From contig JBFMGK010000060.1 in NCBI GenBank assembly GCA_040752575.1, positions 1-34,545 of the forward strand: 34,545 bases of DNA, given 5' to 3'. A program made the position numbers and the translations under genes. Each line of letters starts with the position of its first letter. The first letter of the stretch is position 1. Source of the DNA: Candidatus Bipolaricaulota bacterium (GTDB lineage Bacteria; Bipolaricaulota; Bipolaricaulia; UBA7950; UBA9294). Below are positions 8,730 through 17,261 of this stretch, one piece after another. The notes below the pieces were generated by a model. That model was not told the origin of the DNA and made no database searches. It saw nothing but the letters and a program-made list of their open reading frames with translations.

Positions 8730-9782
8730 TCAGGGCAGCCTGAGGCGGCCGACGGCGTCTTCGAGCAGGCTGCCGGTATAGAGGACTCCGCCGACGACGA
8801 CAGCCGACGAGATGCCTGCATAGCCCCTCGCTGACGACGTGCGGAGATTGGCGATTACATGTCCCTCGGCGTCAAGTGCCAGGATGCTTCCCCATCGAGG
8901 TGCAGAGGACTCGAACCACGACAGGGGAAGCCTGGCTGCGACGCGGCGCGTCCACGGGTGCGGGAGGGTCCAGTCGAGAAACGCGCTTCGCGGGTTCACG
9001 AGGGCGAGCCAGAAGATCCCGCCGGCATCGCACGAGATGCCATCCGGGAACCCCGGCAGATTGTCGACGAAGGTCTCGCTCTCTCCGGCACGCGGCCCGC
9101 TCAACCACAGTCGCCGTACGCGGTACTCGGTCGTCTCTGCGACGAGCACGAACGTCTCATCGGCGGACAGCGCGACGCCGTTCGCGTAGTAGAGTCCGTC
9201 CAGAAGGACGTCCGTCGCTCCCCGCTTCGGGTCGTAGGCAAGCAGCCGCCCATTCGGGCGATGTTCGAGCAGATCAGCAACCGTATCCGTAGTCTGGGTT
9301 GAGGACTCCGTGAACAAGACCCTCCCGTTCACGTCTACGTCGACAGCGTTCACGAGCCCCAGTCGCCTTCCGCCCCATGCCGCGACCGCTTCGCGCACCA
9401 CTCCGGCTTGGGAGATCTCGAGAAGCCGTCCGTTCAGGTCGCAGACCCAGAGGTTTTCCGACGCGTCGTACGCCAGCCCGAGAGGTCGCCCGAGGATTCG
9501 GGCCACCGTCTCCGGCTCGCCCGTTGCGGCTTGCCAACGGACGATCCTCCCGTCCTCGAGGCCTGCGATCACGCGTCCCAGCGAGTCGACGGCTACGCTC
9601 TCGGGTCCCCGACCCACCTTGAGGCGCTCCATGTCGTCGAGGACCCCGTTCTCCGCGAACGGCCCCACCAGCGCGGGAGCAGGCGCCGGCATCCAACGGG
9701 CCGGATCGATGCCGACTGGCCAGAACGAGAGATACGCCGCCAGAAGGGCGAGTGCGCCGCCGACCATCCACGCAACGTTCAT
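8730..9782 (-). CDS. Strictosidine synthase-like / SMP-30 family beta-propeller protein
   Basis: N-terminal anchor, GPESVAVD, GRPLGL, NGRLLAYDP, GLYYANGVALS, NLPGFPDGI. ATG 9782 follows SD GAGGAGG. Confidence 0.9.
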   Translation of the reverse strand: MNVAWMVGGALALLAAYLSFWPVGIDPARWMPAPAPALVGPFAENGVLDDMERLKVGRGPESVAVDSLGRVIAGLEDGRIVRWQAATGEPETVARILGRPLGLAYDASENLWVCDLNGRLLEISQAGVVREAVAAWGGRRLGLVNAVDVDVNGRVLFTESSTQTTDTVADLLEHRPNGRLLAYDPKRGATDVLLDGLYYANGVALSADETFVLVAETTEYRVRRLWLSGPRAGESETFVDNLPGFPDGISCDAGGIFWLALVNPRSAFLDWTLPHPWTRRVAARLPLSWFESSAPRWGSILALDAEGHVIANLRTSSARGYAGISSAVVVGGVLYTGSLLEDAVGRLRLP

Positions 9783-9807
9783 ATCGCGGCTCCCTCCTCG
9801 CGCCGTC

Positions 9808-10947
9808 CTACCCGAAGAGCGCTTTGACCCTCCGCCTCTTGAGGCCGTCGAGCCAAACGTCGAAGTCCGCTCGCCGGACGTCGAGTCGCTCCACCAGGTG
9901 CCCGATGGAGCGATCCACGGCATCCTCCGAGGAACGGCTCTGCTCCAACAACGTTCGCGCATGCTCGAGCGTCGAACGTCCCTGACGGACGAGCGCCGCG
10001 ACCTCAAGGCTGAGCCTGGGCACACCATGCTGTATCTCGTACAGGTACGCCGCCGCGTCGTGGATGAGACAGTCGTCGTGGCCCAGCGGGCGATGTCCCG
10101 GAGGCCGCCGGTACCCGATGTCCGCCCCTTCCAGCTCGTCCAGAATCGCGGCCTCGTCGTAGGGCTCGAACAGGTAGAACGCGAGAAACTCAGGCTCGAC
10201 AACCGTTCGCGCTCTCCCAGATCCGAAGAGCTCTTGCCGAACGAGGCGCCGCCGTTGCAGATGCGGAAGCAGGAAACCCAGCGGCCACCTCAGTTGGGCC
10301 TCCACACGGCGTACCGCACGCCGCACGTTGCCTTGGCTGTAGGGCGCTGTATTGAGCGCCAACAGCGCGAGCCCCGGGTCGCGCGAGCCCGGGCGAAGGT
10401 GCCGGTACATCTGCATCGGAGACCGACCGTGGACGAAGAAGGGGATCCGCATGTCCTGGCACCCGCGCACTGAGAGAACGTATCCGCCGACGGAGCAAGC
10501 AATGCACGGATCCGCGAGGCGGGACACCGCCGCGCGGTAGAACTCCCGGTAGGCCGCCCAGTCCGGCCTGTAGACGAAGTGGTCCACGTCTAGGCGCCGC
10601 GCGATCTCGCGAACGTTGTCCCAAGCAGATTCGGTCAGGAATCCATTGTCAAACGTGACGGCAACGACGCGAGCCCCATAGTCACGGCTCAAGCGAAGCA
10701 GGACGTGCGAGCTGTCTTTGCCGCCGCTCAAACCGACGGCTGCGTCGTAGTGGAAACGGCCGCGATAGCTTTCCAGCCGCGCCTCGAGCGGCATGCGCCC
10801 TTCTCCGAGCCCGAACGCCCCCTTCGGATGGCGTTCCCAGGCACGGCAGTAGTTGCACACGCCCGCTGCGTCCAGCGAGACGGACAGTCTCCCGGCGCGA
10901 AGGCCGCAGCGTATGCACGTCGGCGCACTCCCCGGTTGTCTCGGCAT
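9808..10947 (-). CDS. PP-loop (adenine nucleotide alpha-hydrolase) ATPase, N-acetyl-sugar amidotransferase (WbpG/PseA)-like
   Basis: N-terminal CxxC...CNYC, YDAAVGLSGGKDSS, VAVTFDNGF, PCIAC, GHDDC. Confidence 0.75.
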   Translation of the reverse strand: MPRQPGSAPTCIRCGLRAGRLSVSLDAAGVCNYCRAWERHPKGAFGLGEGRMPLEARLESYRGRFHYDAAVGLSGGKDSSHVLLRLSRDYGARVVAVTFDNGFLTESAWDNVREIARRLDVDHFVYRPDWAAYREFYRAAVSRLADPCIACSVGGYVLSVRGCQDMRIPFFVHGRSPMQMYRHLRPGSRDPGLALLALNTAPYSQGNVRRAVRRVEAQLRWPLGFLLPHLQRRRLVRQELFGSGRARTVVEPEFLAFYLFEPYDEAAILDELEGADIGYRRPPGHRPLGHDDCLIHDAAAYLYEIQHGVPRLSLEVAALVRQGRSTLEHARTLLEQSRSSEDAVDRSIGHLVERLDVRRADFDVWLDGLKRRRVKALFG

Positions 10948-11110
10948 GGACCACGATAAGCGATCCTGCCGTCCAAGCGAAGCCCCGCATCCTGATCCCC
11001 GACTGCCCCAGCCCTTCGATGGTGCGGGAGCTCTGATCCCCTCGGCGCGTTCCCGCGAGCCACCGTCGGCCGTCCACCGTATCCGCCGCCAGGATCCTGG
11101 AGTCGCGGTT

Positions 11111-12034
11111 CTACTCCGTCAGTGCCGCAGCGATTCGCTCGACGTTGGTGCGCATCATCTCAAGGTAGGTCTCGGCCCCCTCGCCAGGACCGCTGAGCGA
11201 GCCGGTGAAGAGGGCGACAAGACGAGTTCCGGTCTCTCCTGCTACCGTGGCCGAGAGCGTAGGATTGGCGGTCGTGCCGACGAAGACCGCTGGGGCATCG
11301 GCCGCGCGTACGGCATCGATCAGGGCGGCCATCTCGCGCGCTGACGGCTCCGCCAGTGTGCTGAAGCCCGGGATCACGGCCCCGATCTGCCGGAAACCGT
11401 AACGCCGCGCGAAGTAGCCGAAGGCGAGGTGGTCCGTGACCAAAACGCGTCGCTCAACAGGGATCTCCTCGACCCGCGCAACGATCCACCCGTCAAGGGC
11501 GGCGAGATCTGCGGCCAACTCGGCCTCTCGCGCCGCGTAGTCGTCTCCGTGCCCTGGATCGATCTCGGAGAGTGCCTCCCGTATCTTCCAGCTCCATGTC
11601 TGCACAAGCGTCGGGTCAAACCACACGTGCGGGTCGCTCGTGCCCTCCTCTTCGTGCTCATCGTCGTTCACGCCGTGGTCGGTCTCTCCGTCCAACTCCA
11701 CGAGAGGAAGCCCGTCGGAGAGCGAGATGACGCGCCCCCGGGCATACGAAAGCAGGTTCTCCCATCCGGCCTCGAGCCCGGCGCCGTTCATGAACGTCAG
11801 ATCGGCGTCGCTCACTGCCACAAGGTCCTGCGGCGTCAGCGTGTACCCGTGCGGGTCGGCCCCCACGGGGAGGATCACGTGGAGGTCGATGTTCTCCCCG
11901 CCGATCCGCCGGATGACGTCCCCAACGATGGTCGTCGTCGAGACGACCCGAAGGCGATCGGTTGCCGCGGCTCCGCACAGCCCGAGAAGAAACAGCCCGA
12001 GGACGAGAAGGCTCCCGCGAGCCCTCAGCCCCAC
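11111..12034 (-). CDS. Metal ABC transporter substrate-binding protein (ZnuA/TroA/PsaA cluster)
   Basis: VVSTTTIVGD, GADPHGY, NGAGLE, acidic/His loop, DPHVWFDP, LVTDHLAFGYFARRYG, EPSA. Signal peptide from GTG 12034 (start uncertain). Confidence 0.9.
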   Translation of the reverse strand: MGLRARGSLLVLGLFLLGLCGAAATDRLRVVSTTTIVGDVIRRIGGENIDLHVILPVGADPHGYTLTPQDLVAVSDADLTFMNGAGLEAGWENLLSYARGRVISLSDGLPLVELDGETDHGVNDDEHEEEGTSDPHVWFDPTLVQTWSWKIREALSEIDPGHGDDYAAREAELAADLAALDGWIVARVEEIPVERRVLVTDHLAFGYFARRYGFRQIGAVIPGFSTLAEPSAREMAALIDAVRAADAPAVFVGTTANPTLSATVAGETGTRLVALFTGSLSGPGEGAETYLEMMRTNVERIAAALTE

Positions 12035-12113
12035 CGCCGATCTGCGCCGTACGACACGCCCCGTCAACCCTTGGGCACAAGAGCCAGCGGCGTCCTCGGA
12101 ATCCGTGCGACGA

Positions 12114-12959
12114 CTAGGCGGGGAGGTCGGCAGCAACTGCGGGCTCCTTCGTCCAGTCCTCGAGCGCCGATGCGAGATCCTGCAACGCACGAGCGACCAG
12201 GCTCTTGGGGCTCCCGACAACGACCGGACGGCCGGCATCTCCGTCCCCGGGCACCGTCGGATCTAGCGGCACCGAGCCGAGGAATCGCACGCCAAGGCTC
12301 GCCGCCTCGCTAGCTCCCTGGTCAGCGCCGAACACATCGACCCGCTGGCCGCAGTGCGGGCAGATCAACCCTGACATGTTCTCGAGAAGCCCAATCTTGG
12401 CAATCCCTAGCTGCTTGGCAAACCCCACCGCCCGCCGCGCATCGGCCCGCGCGACCTCCTGCGGCGTCGTCACCACGACGGCCGTCTGCGGACCGATCCG
12501 CTGCACGACCGTAAGGACTTCGTCACCTGTCCCGGGCGGAAGATCAACCACGAGGACATCAAGCGTCCCCCAGTCGGTGTCCTCGAGAAGCTGCTCGATG
12601 ACCTTCGAACGCATTGGACCCCGCCAGATCACGGGGGCGCCCTCGGGGAGCATCGACGCAAGCGACACGATCTTTACGCCGTGGATTTCGTGCGGCAGGA
12701 TGCGATCGCCTGAGCCGCGGGCAGGTCCCTTGACGCCGGACATCTGCGCCACATTCGGCCCAGTGAGATCCGCATCGAGCAGCCCCACGCGCCGGCCCCT
12801 CGCCGCAAGCGTGAAGGCAAGGTTGACGGCCACCGTCGTCTTGCCCACGCCCCCCTTCCCGCTGAAGACGACGACGCGCTGGGCAATCGCATCCACGACA
12901 TGCGCGAGGAGGAGTTCGCCTGTCGCCGGTGCGCTGTGCCCTCGGGGGTTGTTTGTCAC
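12114..12959 (-). CDS. apbC: Mrp/NBP35 (ApbC) Fe-S cluster carrier ATPase
   Basis: SGKGGVGKTT, LDADLTGP, VIWRGPM, VDLPPGTGDE, ENMS..ICPHCG. GTG overlaps the upstream TGA (GTGA). Confidence 0.92.
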   Translation of the reverse strand: MTNNPRGHSAPATGELLLAHVVDAIAQRVVVFSGKGGVGKTTVAVNLAFTLAARGRRVGLLDADLTGPNVAQMSGVKGPARGSGDRILPHEIHGVKIVSLASMLPEGAPVIWRGPMRSKVIEQLLEDTDWGTLDVLVVDLPPGTGDEVLTVVQRIGPQTAVVVTTPQEVARADARRAVGFAKQLGIAKIGLLENMSGLICPHCGQRVDVFGADQGASEAASLGVRFLGSVPLDPTVPGDGDAGRPVVVGSPKSLVARALQDLASALEDWTKEPAVAADLPA

Positions 12960-13870
12960 CGTCCTCTCCTCTCGTCGCGCTCCGGCTGCATGGGAGCCGG
13001 ATGCAGTACGTCGCCCCATAGCTCGACACATCGCCCGAAAACGCGCTTCATGGCTTCGCCGGCCGGCGTCACCTCTTCCTCCACAACACTGCGACCCTCA
13101 ATCAGTCGCCGTGGCACCTCTGGATCATACGGGATCGTTCCCAGGACGGGGAGCTCGTGCTCCGAGGCGAATCGGAGGATCCGGTCCGTCCACTCGGCGT
13201 TGAGGTCCGCCTTGTTCACGACGAGCGCGGCGGAAACGCCAAAGTGCCGGACGACGCCGAGGGCTCGATCCAAATCATGCAGGCCGGACACGCTGGGTTC
13301 GGTCACCAGGACCACGGCATGAGCCCCACTGACCGACGCGATGACCGGGCATCCGATCCCCGGTGAGCCGTCCATGAGCAGTGTCTCGACGCGCTCTTGC
13401 ATGGCCAGGTTCCGAGCCTTCTCCTTGACGAGCGCGACGAGTCTGCCTGAGGTCTCCTCTCCCGGAACCAGTTCCGCAGTCGAGAGGGGGCCGTGCGGCG
13501 TGTCGGCGAGAAGCCAATGCCCCGACACCCGAGACACCAGGCGAAGTGCCCCCGCCGGGCATGCCGTGACGCACGCCCCGCAGCCCTCGCAGAGAAACGG
13601 ATCGATCTCGAGCGTTTCCCCTATGGCGCTGAATCGGCAGACCTCTCGGCATCGCCCGCACCCGACGCACAGGGCTTCGTCTCGAATCGCCTCTTTCGAC
13701 CCGCGAAACTCCTCTTCTTCCCTTACCGCCGCGCGGAGAGCCAAGTGGAGGTTCGCTGCATCGACATCGCAGTCCGCAAGAACCTTGCGCGATGACAACA
13801 CGGCAAACGCTGCGGCAAGCGAGGTCTTGCCCGTTCCGCCCTTCCCCGAGAGAAACAGGATCTCTCTCAC
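12956..13870 (-). CDS. MinD-superfamily P-loop ATPase with inserted 2x[4Fe-4S] ferredoxin domain (COG1149 type), copy B
   Basis: SGKGGTGKTS, ADCDVDAANLHL, CVGCGRCREVC and CEGCGACVTACP, GEETSGRLV, DGSPGIGCP, VTEPSVSGLHDL. GTGA overlap. Confidence 0.9.
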   Translation of the reverse strand: MREILFLSGKGGTGKTSLAAAFAVLSSRKVLADCDVDAANLHLALRAAVREEEEFRGSKEAIRDEALCVGCGRCREVCRFSAIGETLEIDPFLCEGCGACVTACPAGALRLVSRVSGHWLLADTPHGPLSTAELVPGEETSGRLVALVKEKARNLAMQERVETLLMDGSPGIGCPVIASVSGAHAVVLVTEPSVSGLHDLDRALGVVRHFGVSAALVVNKADLNAEWTDRILRFASEHELPVLGTIPYDPEVPRRLIEGRSVVEEEVTPAGEAMKRVFGRCVELWGDVLHPAPMQPERDERRGR

Positions 13871-14709
13871 TTCAATCCCTCCACGAGCGCCGAGAAGACC
13901 TCCAGAAGAGCCGACTTCCACTTCGGGAAGGCGTCGACGAGGGGGACTCCGGCTGCATACGAGGCCGCGATCTCGCGATCAAAGGGGATCTTCAGGAGAA
14001 TCGGAAGGCTCTCTTGGCGGCAGTACGACTCCACACCCCGATCGCTGACGCCGTCGCGGTTGACGATCACCGCCACCGGCACGCCGAGGGCCCGCGCGAC
14101 GCCCACGGCGGCCCGGAGATCATGCAGACCGAACGGCGTCGGCTCCGTGACAAGCAACGTCGCGTCCGCACCCCGTAGCGTGGCGATCGTCGGGCATCCC
14201 GTGCCGGGAGGAGCATCCAGCACAATCGTCGCGTCGGACGACATCCCGCGTTGGAGCGCGTGGATGATTGGCGTCGCCGCCGCCTCCCCGACGTTGAGAA
14301 TGCCGCGCCCAAGCCGCAGGCCTCTGGCGGTTCCCCACTCCACTTTCCCGATCTCCTGCGGAACGTCAGCAATGGCTTCAACCGGGCAGACCAGGCCGCA
14401 ACGCCCGCACCCGTGACAGAGCTGCGGGTAGACCACGACGCTGCCGCCCAGGAGTCCCAGCGCGTGGAACTCGCACGCGCGCACGCAGGCCCCGCAGCGC
14501 GTGCACCGCTCCTCGTCCACGACAGGGAGGAGTTTGTTCACGCTCTCGCGCGAGACGAGCCGAGGGTGCAGGAACAGGTGGACATTGGGCTCCTCGACGT
14601 CACAGTCGAGAAGCTCGACCTTCTCCGTCTCCGCCAGAGCCAGGGCAAGGCTGACCGCAAGGGTTGTCTTGCCGGTGCCTCCCTTTCCACTCGCCACGGC
14701 GACCTTCAT
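13867..14709 (-). CDS. MinD-superfamily P-loop ATPase with inserted 2x[4Fe-4S] ferredoxin domain (COG1149 type), copy A
   Basis: ASGKGGTGKTT, DCDVEEPN, CTRCGACVRAC and CHGCGRCGLVCP, DAPPGTGCP, VTEPTPFGLHDL. ATGA overlap. Confidence 0.92.
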   Translation of the reverse strand: MKVAVASGKGGTGKTTLAVSLALALAETEKVELLDCDVEEPNVHLFLHPRLVSRESVNKLLPVVDEERCTRCGACVRACEFHALGLLGGSVVVYPQLCHGCGRCGLVCPVEAIADVPQEIGKVEWGTARGLRLGRGILNVGEAAATPIIHALQRGMSSDATIVLDAPPGTGCPTIATLRGADATLLVTEPTPFGLHDLRAAVGVARALGVPVAVIVNRDGVSDRGVESYCRQESLPILLKIPFDREIAASYAAGVPLVDAFPKWKSALLEVFSALVEGLK

Positions 14710-15092
14710 GGCCGCTTCTCATCCCGATCGTGGAACGCGTGTTCGTTGCACGCCACATCCTCCGAGGCCCGCAGAAGTTGCCCCTCCTTCCACGCCGCAA
14801 TGGCCTCGCGCGCCGACCCGGTCGCTCCAATTCTGACGTCAATCCCTTCGGAGGCGAGGAGTCCGATCGCGCGCCGCCCTAGCCCTCTGCACAGTAGGAC
14901 GTCAATACCGAGCGTCGCGAGGATCTCCGCCGGGAGTCCCGTCCCCCCGGCATGTTCCGAAGTGTTCGGGATGACGTCGGCTCGCCCTGTGGACGTATCG
15001 ACCACCACGTAGGCTGGGACCCTGCCGAAGTGCTCGCCAACCGGGTCGTCCAACCCCTGATGTCCGGCAATCGGTACCGCCAGTCGCGTCAT
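14706..15092 (-). CDS. NifB/NifX family (dinitrogenase FeMo-cofactor biosynthesis domain) protein
   Basis: LAVP...VGEHFGR.PAYVVVD, DVLLCRGLGRRA, C-terminal ACNEHAFH tail. Confidence 0.88.
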   Translation of the reverse strand: MTRLAVPIAGHQGLDDPVGEHFGRVPAYVVVDTSTGRADVIPNTSEHAGGTGLPAEILATLGIDVLLCRGLGRRAIGLLASEGIDVRIGATGSAREAIAAWKEGQLLRASEDVACNEHAFHDRDEKRP

Positions 15093-15448
15093 AGGCCCCC
15101 CCGATGACCGCGTCCCGAAGGCCCTTCGGCGCGCTGCAGTCTCCCCTCGCGAAACGCCTCGATCGCTTCCCGCACCGTTCCGCTGGCTCCAACGTAGACG
15201 GCAACGCCGGCCGCCGCGAGTCCCTGGAATGCATTGGGACCGACGTTCCCGGTTACGACGGCCGCGGCTCTCTTGTCGGCCACCCTCTGCGCCGCCTGAA
15301 CGCCCGCTCCGTGGGCTCCGGGAGCATTCTCCACGGCATCCATCGATAGCGTCTCGCTATCCGCAAACACGAAGTACTTCGCGCGTCCGAAGGTTGGGTC
15401 CACCGCAGCGTCAAGACCGCTCCCCTGTGCCGTGATACAGATCAGCAT
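15089..15448 (-). CDS. NifB/NifX family protein, second copy
   Basis: MLICITAQG..LDAAVDPTFGRAKYF, GAGVQAAQ, VVTGNVGPNAF, GTVREAIEAF. SD GGGAGG. Confidence 0.9.
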   Translation of the reverse strand: MLICITAQGSGLDAAVDPTFGRAKYFVFADSETLSMDAVENAPGAHGAGVQAAQRVADKRAAAVVTGNVGPNAFQGLAAAGVAVYVGASGTVREAIEAFREGRLQRAEGPSGRGHRGGL

Positions 15449-15512
15449 CTGTCCCTCCCGCGGCGCGCTTGTGGGAGGACCTTGGCTCCCCATTCCGCGC
15501 CCTTTCTCTTCT

Positions 15513-15830
15513 CTACTCCCCCAACGAGTGGATGCGCGCCTGGATTCGCTCGAGGTCGGCCGAGAGCCGATCGGCTTCGCGTCGAAGCGCGGTGACATCC
15601 GTTTCCTCGTCGAGCGCTCCGGAGGGCGCAGCCCAAGGGCCTCCCCACACACCATAGCCCGACGCGACTCCACGCCCCGCGCCCCAGCCTCCTCGCCGCC
15701 CCAGCGGAGCCCAGAACCGCCTCCGTCCCAGCCACGCGCCACCGCCTCGCGCCGGCGTCACGCAGTACCCTCGCCCGCCGCCGGTCATCGGCCCCATGCC
15801 TTGGGGGCCCGTTCCGTCAAAGCCTGGCAT
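15513..15830 (-). CDS. DUF5320 family protein
   Basis: MPGFDGTGPQGMGPMTGGGRGYC signature, Gly/Arg-rich middle, C-terminal coiled coil. SD AAGGAGGT. Confidence 0.9.
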   Translation of the reverse strand: MPGFDGTGPQGMGPMTGGGRGYCVTPARGGGAWLGRRRFWAPLGRRGGWGAGRGVASGYGVWGGPWAAPSGALDEETDVTALRREADRLSADLERIQARIHSLGE

Positions 15831-15872
15831 CGTCGTTACCTCCTTTTCGATGTCGAGTCTTGCTCGTGGTCT

Positions 15873-15901
15873 ATTATGTGCATGTGCACAATTGTTGTCA
15901 A
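15873..15901 (-). promoter_or_regulatory. Sigma70-type promoter of the DUF5320-NifX-ATPase operon
   Basis: TTGACA (15901-15896), 17 nt, CATAAT (15878-15873) in an AT-rich patch. Confidence 0.8.
15877..15890. promoter_or_regulatory. Palindromic candidate operator
   Basis: TGTGCA-TG-TGCACA overlaps the -10 box and spacer of the promoter above. Confidence 0.6.
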
Positions 15902-15914
15902 GGCTGGCGCCGCG

Positions 15915-15943
15915 TTGTCTGTAGGTCAGATCCTCCCTATACT
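15915..15943 (+). promoter_or_regulatory. Sigma70-type promoter of DUF134 (probably leaderless mRNA)
   Basis: TTGTCT, 17 nt, TATACT, then 7 nt to ATG 15951. No SD. Confidence 0.7.
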
Positions 15944-15950
15944 GAGAGCC

Positions 15951-16292
15951 ATGCCGCGACCCAAAAAGCTTCGCTACTGCCGGGAAGTCCTGGGCTACAA
16001 CCTCTACAAGCCGTCGGGAATCCCGATGTCGCAGGTCCCTCTGGTCGAGCTCGGCCTCGACGAACTCGAGGCGATGCGGCTCTGTGACCTGGAGGGCAAG
16101 CAGCAGGACGAGGCGGCAGAGACGATTGGAGTGTCGCGTGGGACGATTCAGAGGCTCCTCGAGTCCGGTCGCCTCAAGGTCGTAGATGCCCTGGTTCACG
16201 GGAAGGCGCTCTTCTTCGGCGACGCGGAGCATGTGTGCGTACGACCATTTGACGGCCCCGGCCGCGGTCGACACGGCCGCCGAGCGCCGTAG
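15951..16292 (+). CDS. DUF134 (UPF0251) HTH protein
   Basis: MPRPKKLRYC...YKPSGIP...LDELEAMRLCDLEG..QDEAAETIGVSRGTIQRLLESGRLKVVDALVHGK. Confidence 0.92.
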   Translation: MPRPKKLRYCREVLGYNLYKPSGIPMSQVPLVELGLDELEAMRLCDLEGKQQDEAAETIGVSRGTIQRLLESGRLKVVDALVHGKALFFGDAEHVCVRPFDGPGRGRHGRRAP

Positions 16293-16312
16293 GGCTCTGC
16301 CTGGAGGAATCC

Positions 16313-17110
16313 ATGAAGGTCTACCTGAGCGCGGACATCGAAGGCGTGGCCGGCGTATCTCACTGGGATCAGACGCTCCTCGAGAAGTCCTCTTCCCAGG
16401 CCGCTCGCGAGCAGATGACGGCCGAGGTTGCTGCAGCGTGCGAGGGGGCGCTCGAAGCCGGGGCCCGAGAGATCTGGATTCAGGACGCCCACGACACGGG
16501 CCGGAACCTACTCCCTCGGCGCCTGCCCGAGGCCATCCGGCTGGTCTCGGGATGGAGCGGCCACCCCTTCCAGATGCTGCAGGCCCTCGACGGGTCATTC
16601 GACGCCGTTCTGGCCGTTGGATATCACGCCCCTGCCGGAGCCGGCGGCAGCCCGCTCGAGCACACCCTGTCCCTGGGCATTGCCAGCATGACGTGCAACG
16701 GGCGCTTGGCGTCCGAGTTCCTCGTCGCCGGACTCACGGCCGCCTACGTCGGCGTCCCGTTGGTCTTCGTCTCCGGCGACCGCGCCGTGTGCGACGAGGT
16801 CGAAGCTCTGAACTCCAACATCGTCACCGTCCCCGTCAAGGAGGCCGTCGGCGACTCGATCCTCGGCATCCACCCTGCGCTCGTGGAACGTGAGATTCGA
16901 AGTGGGGTGCAGAGGGCCCTGCTTGGCGACCTCGGCCGCTGTACGTTGGACCTGCCGCCGTTCTTCACCGTGGACGTCCGGTTCCGATCCGCGAGCAAGG
17001 CGTTCCGCAGCGGGTTCTACCCCGGCGCTCGCCAGATCGACGTCGCCACAGTACGCTACGAGGCCGAGGACTTTCTCGACGTCCTGCGCTTCTTTCTGTT
17101 TGCGTTGTAG
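16313..17110 (+). CDS. M55 family D-aminopeptidase (DppA-like)
   Basis: MKVYLSADIEGVAGV, QDAH, VGYHA, LEHTLS, FVSGD. SD GGAGGA. Confidence 0.92.
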   Translation: MKVYLSADIEGVAGVSHWDQTLLEKSSSQAAREQMTAEVAAACEGALEAGAREIWIQDAHDTGRNLLPRRLPEAIRLVSGWSGHPFQMLQALDGSFDAVLAVGYHAPAGAGGSPLEHTLSLGIASMTCNGRLASEFLVAGLTAAYVGVPLVFVSGDRAVCDEVEALNSNIVTVPVKEAVGDSILGIHPALVEREIRSGVQRALLGDLGRCTLDLPPFFTVDVRFRSASKAFRSGFYPGARQIDVATVRYEAEDFLDVLRFFLFAL

Positions 17111-17261
17111 CGCAACGCGGCCGACCGCGCGCCGCGTCGTGTGCCAGCTCTGGGCATCCCGTCAACCACACGAGCCCGAACCGAAATCGGCAGAGCGTCA
17201 CGCGGCGGTCCGACCCCGGCGAACCGCCGCATCCGCCCTCCCGGCCAGGCTTCCACGCCCC

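Noticed and set aside
8730..10202. 5'-extended versions of ORFs in the track (also 5183, 15742, 16598, 18860, 23612, 26230, 31530, 33485)
   Set aside because: The extensions overlap neighbouring genes. Internal starts with SD sequences match the family N-termini.
14706..15448. Nitrogen fixation inferred from NifB/NifX domains
   Set aside because: No nifH, nifD, nifK, nifE, nifN or radical-SAM NifB in the window. Stand-alone NifX-like proteins are common in non-diazotrophs.
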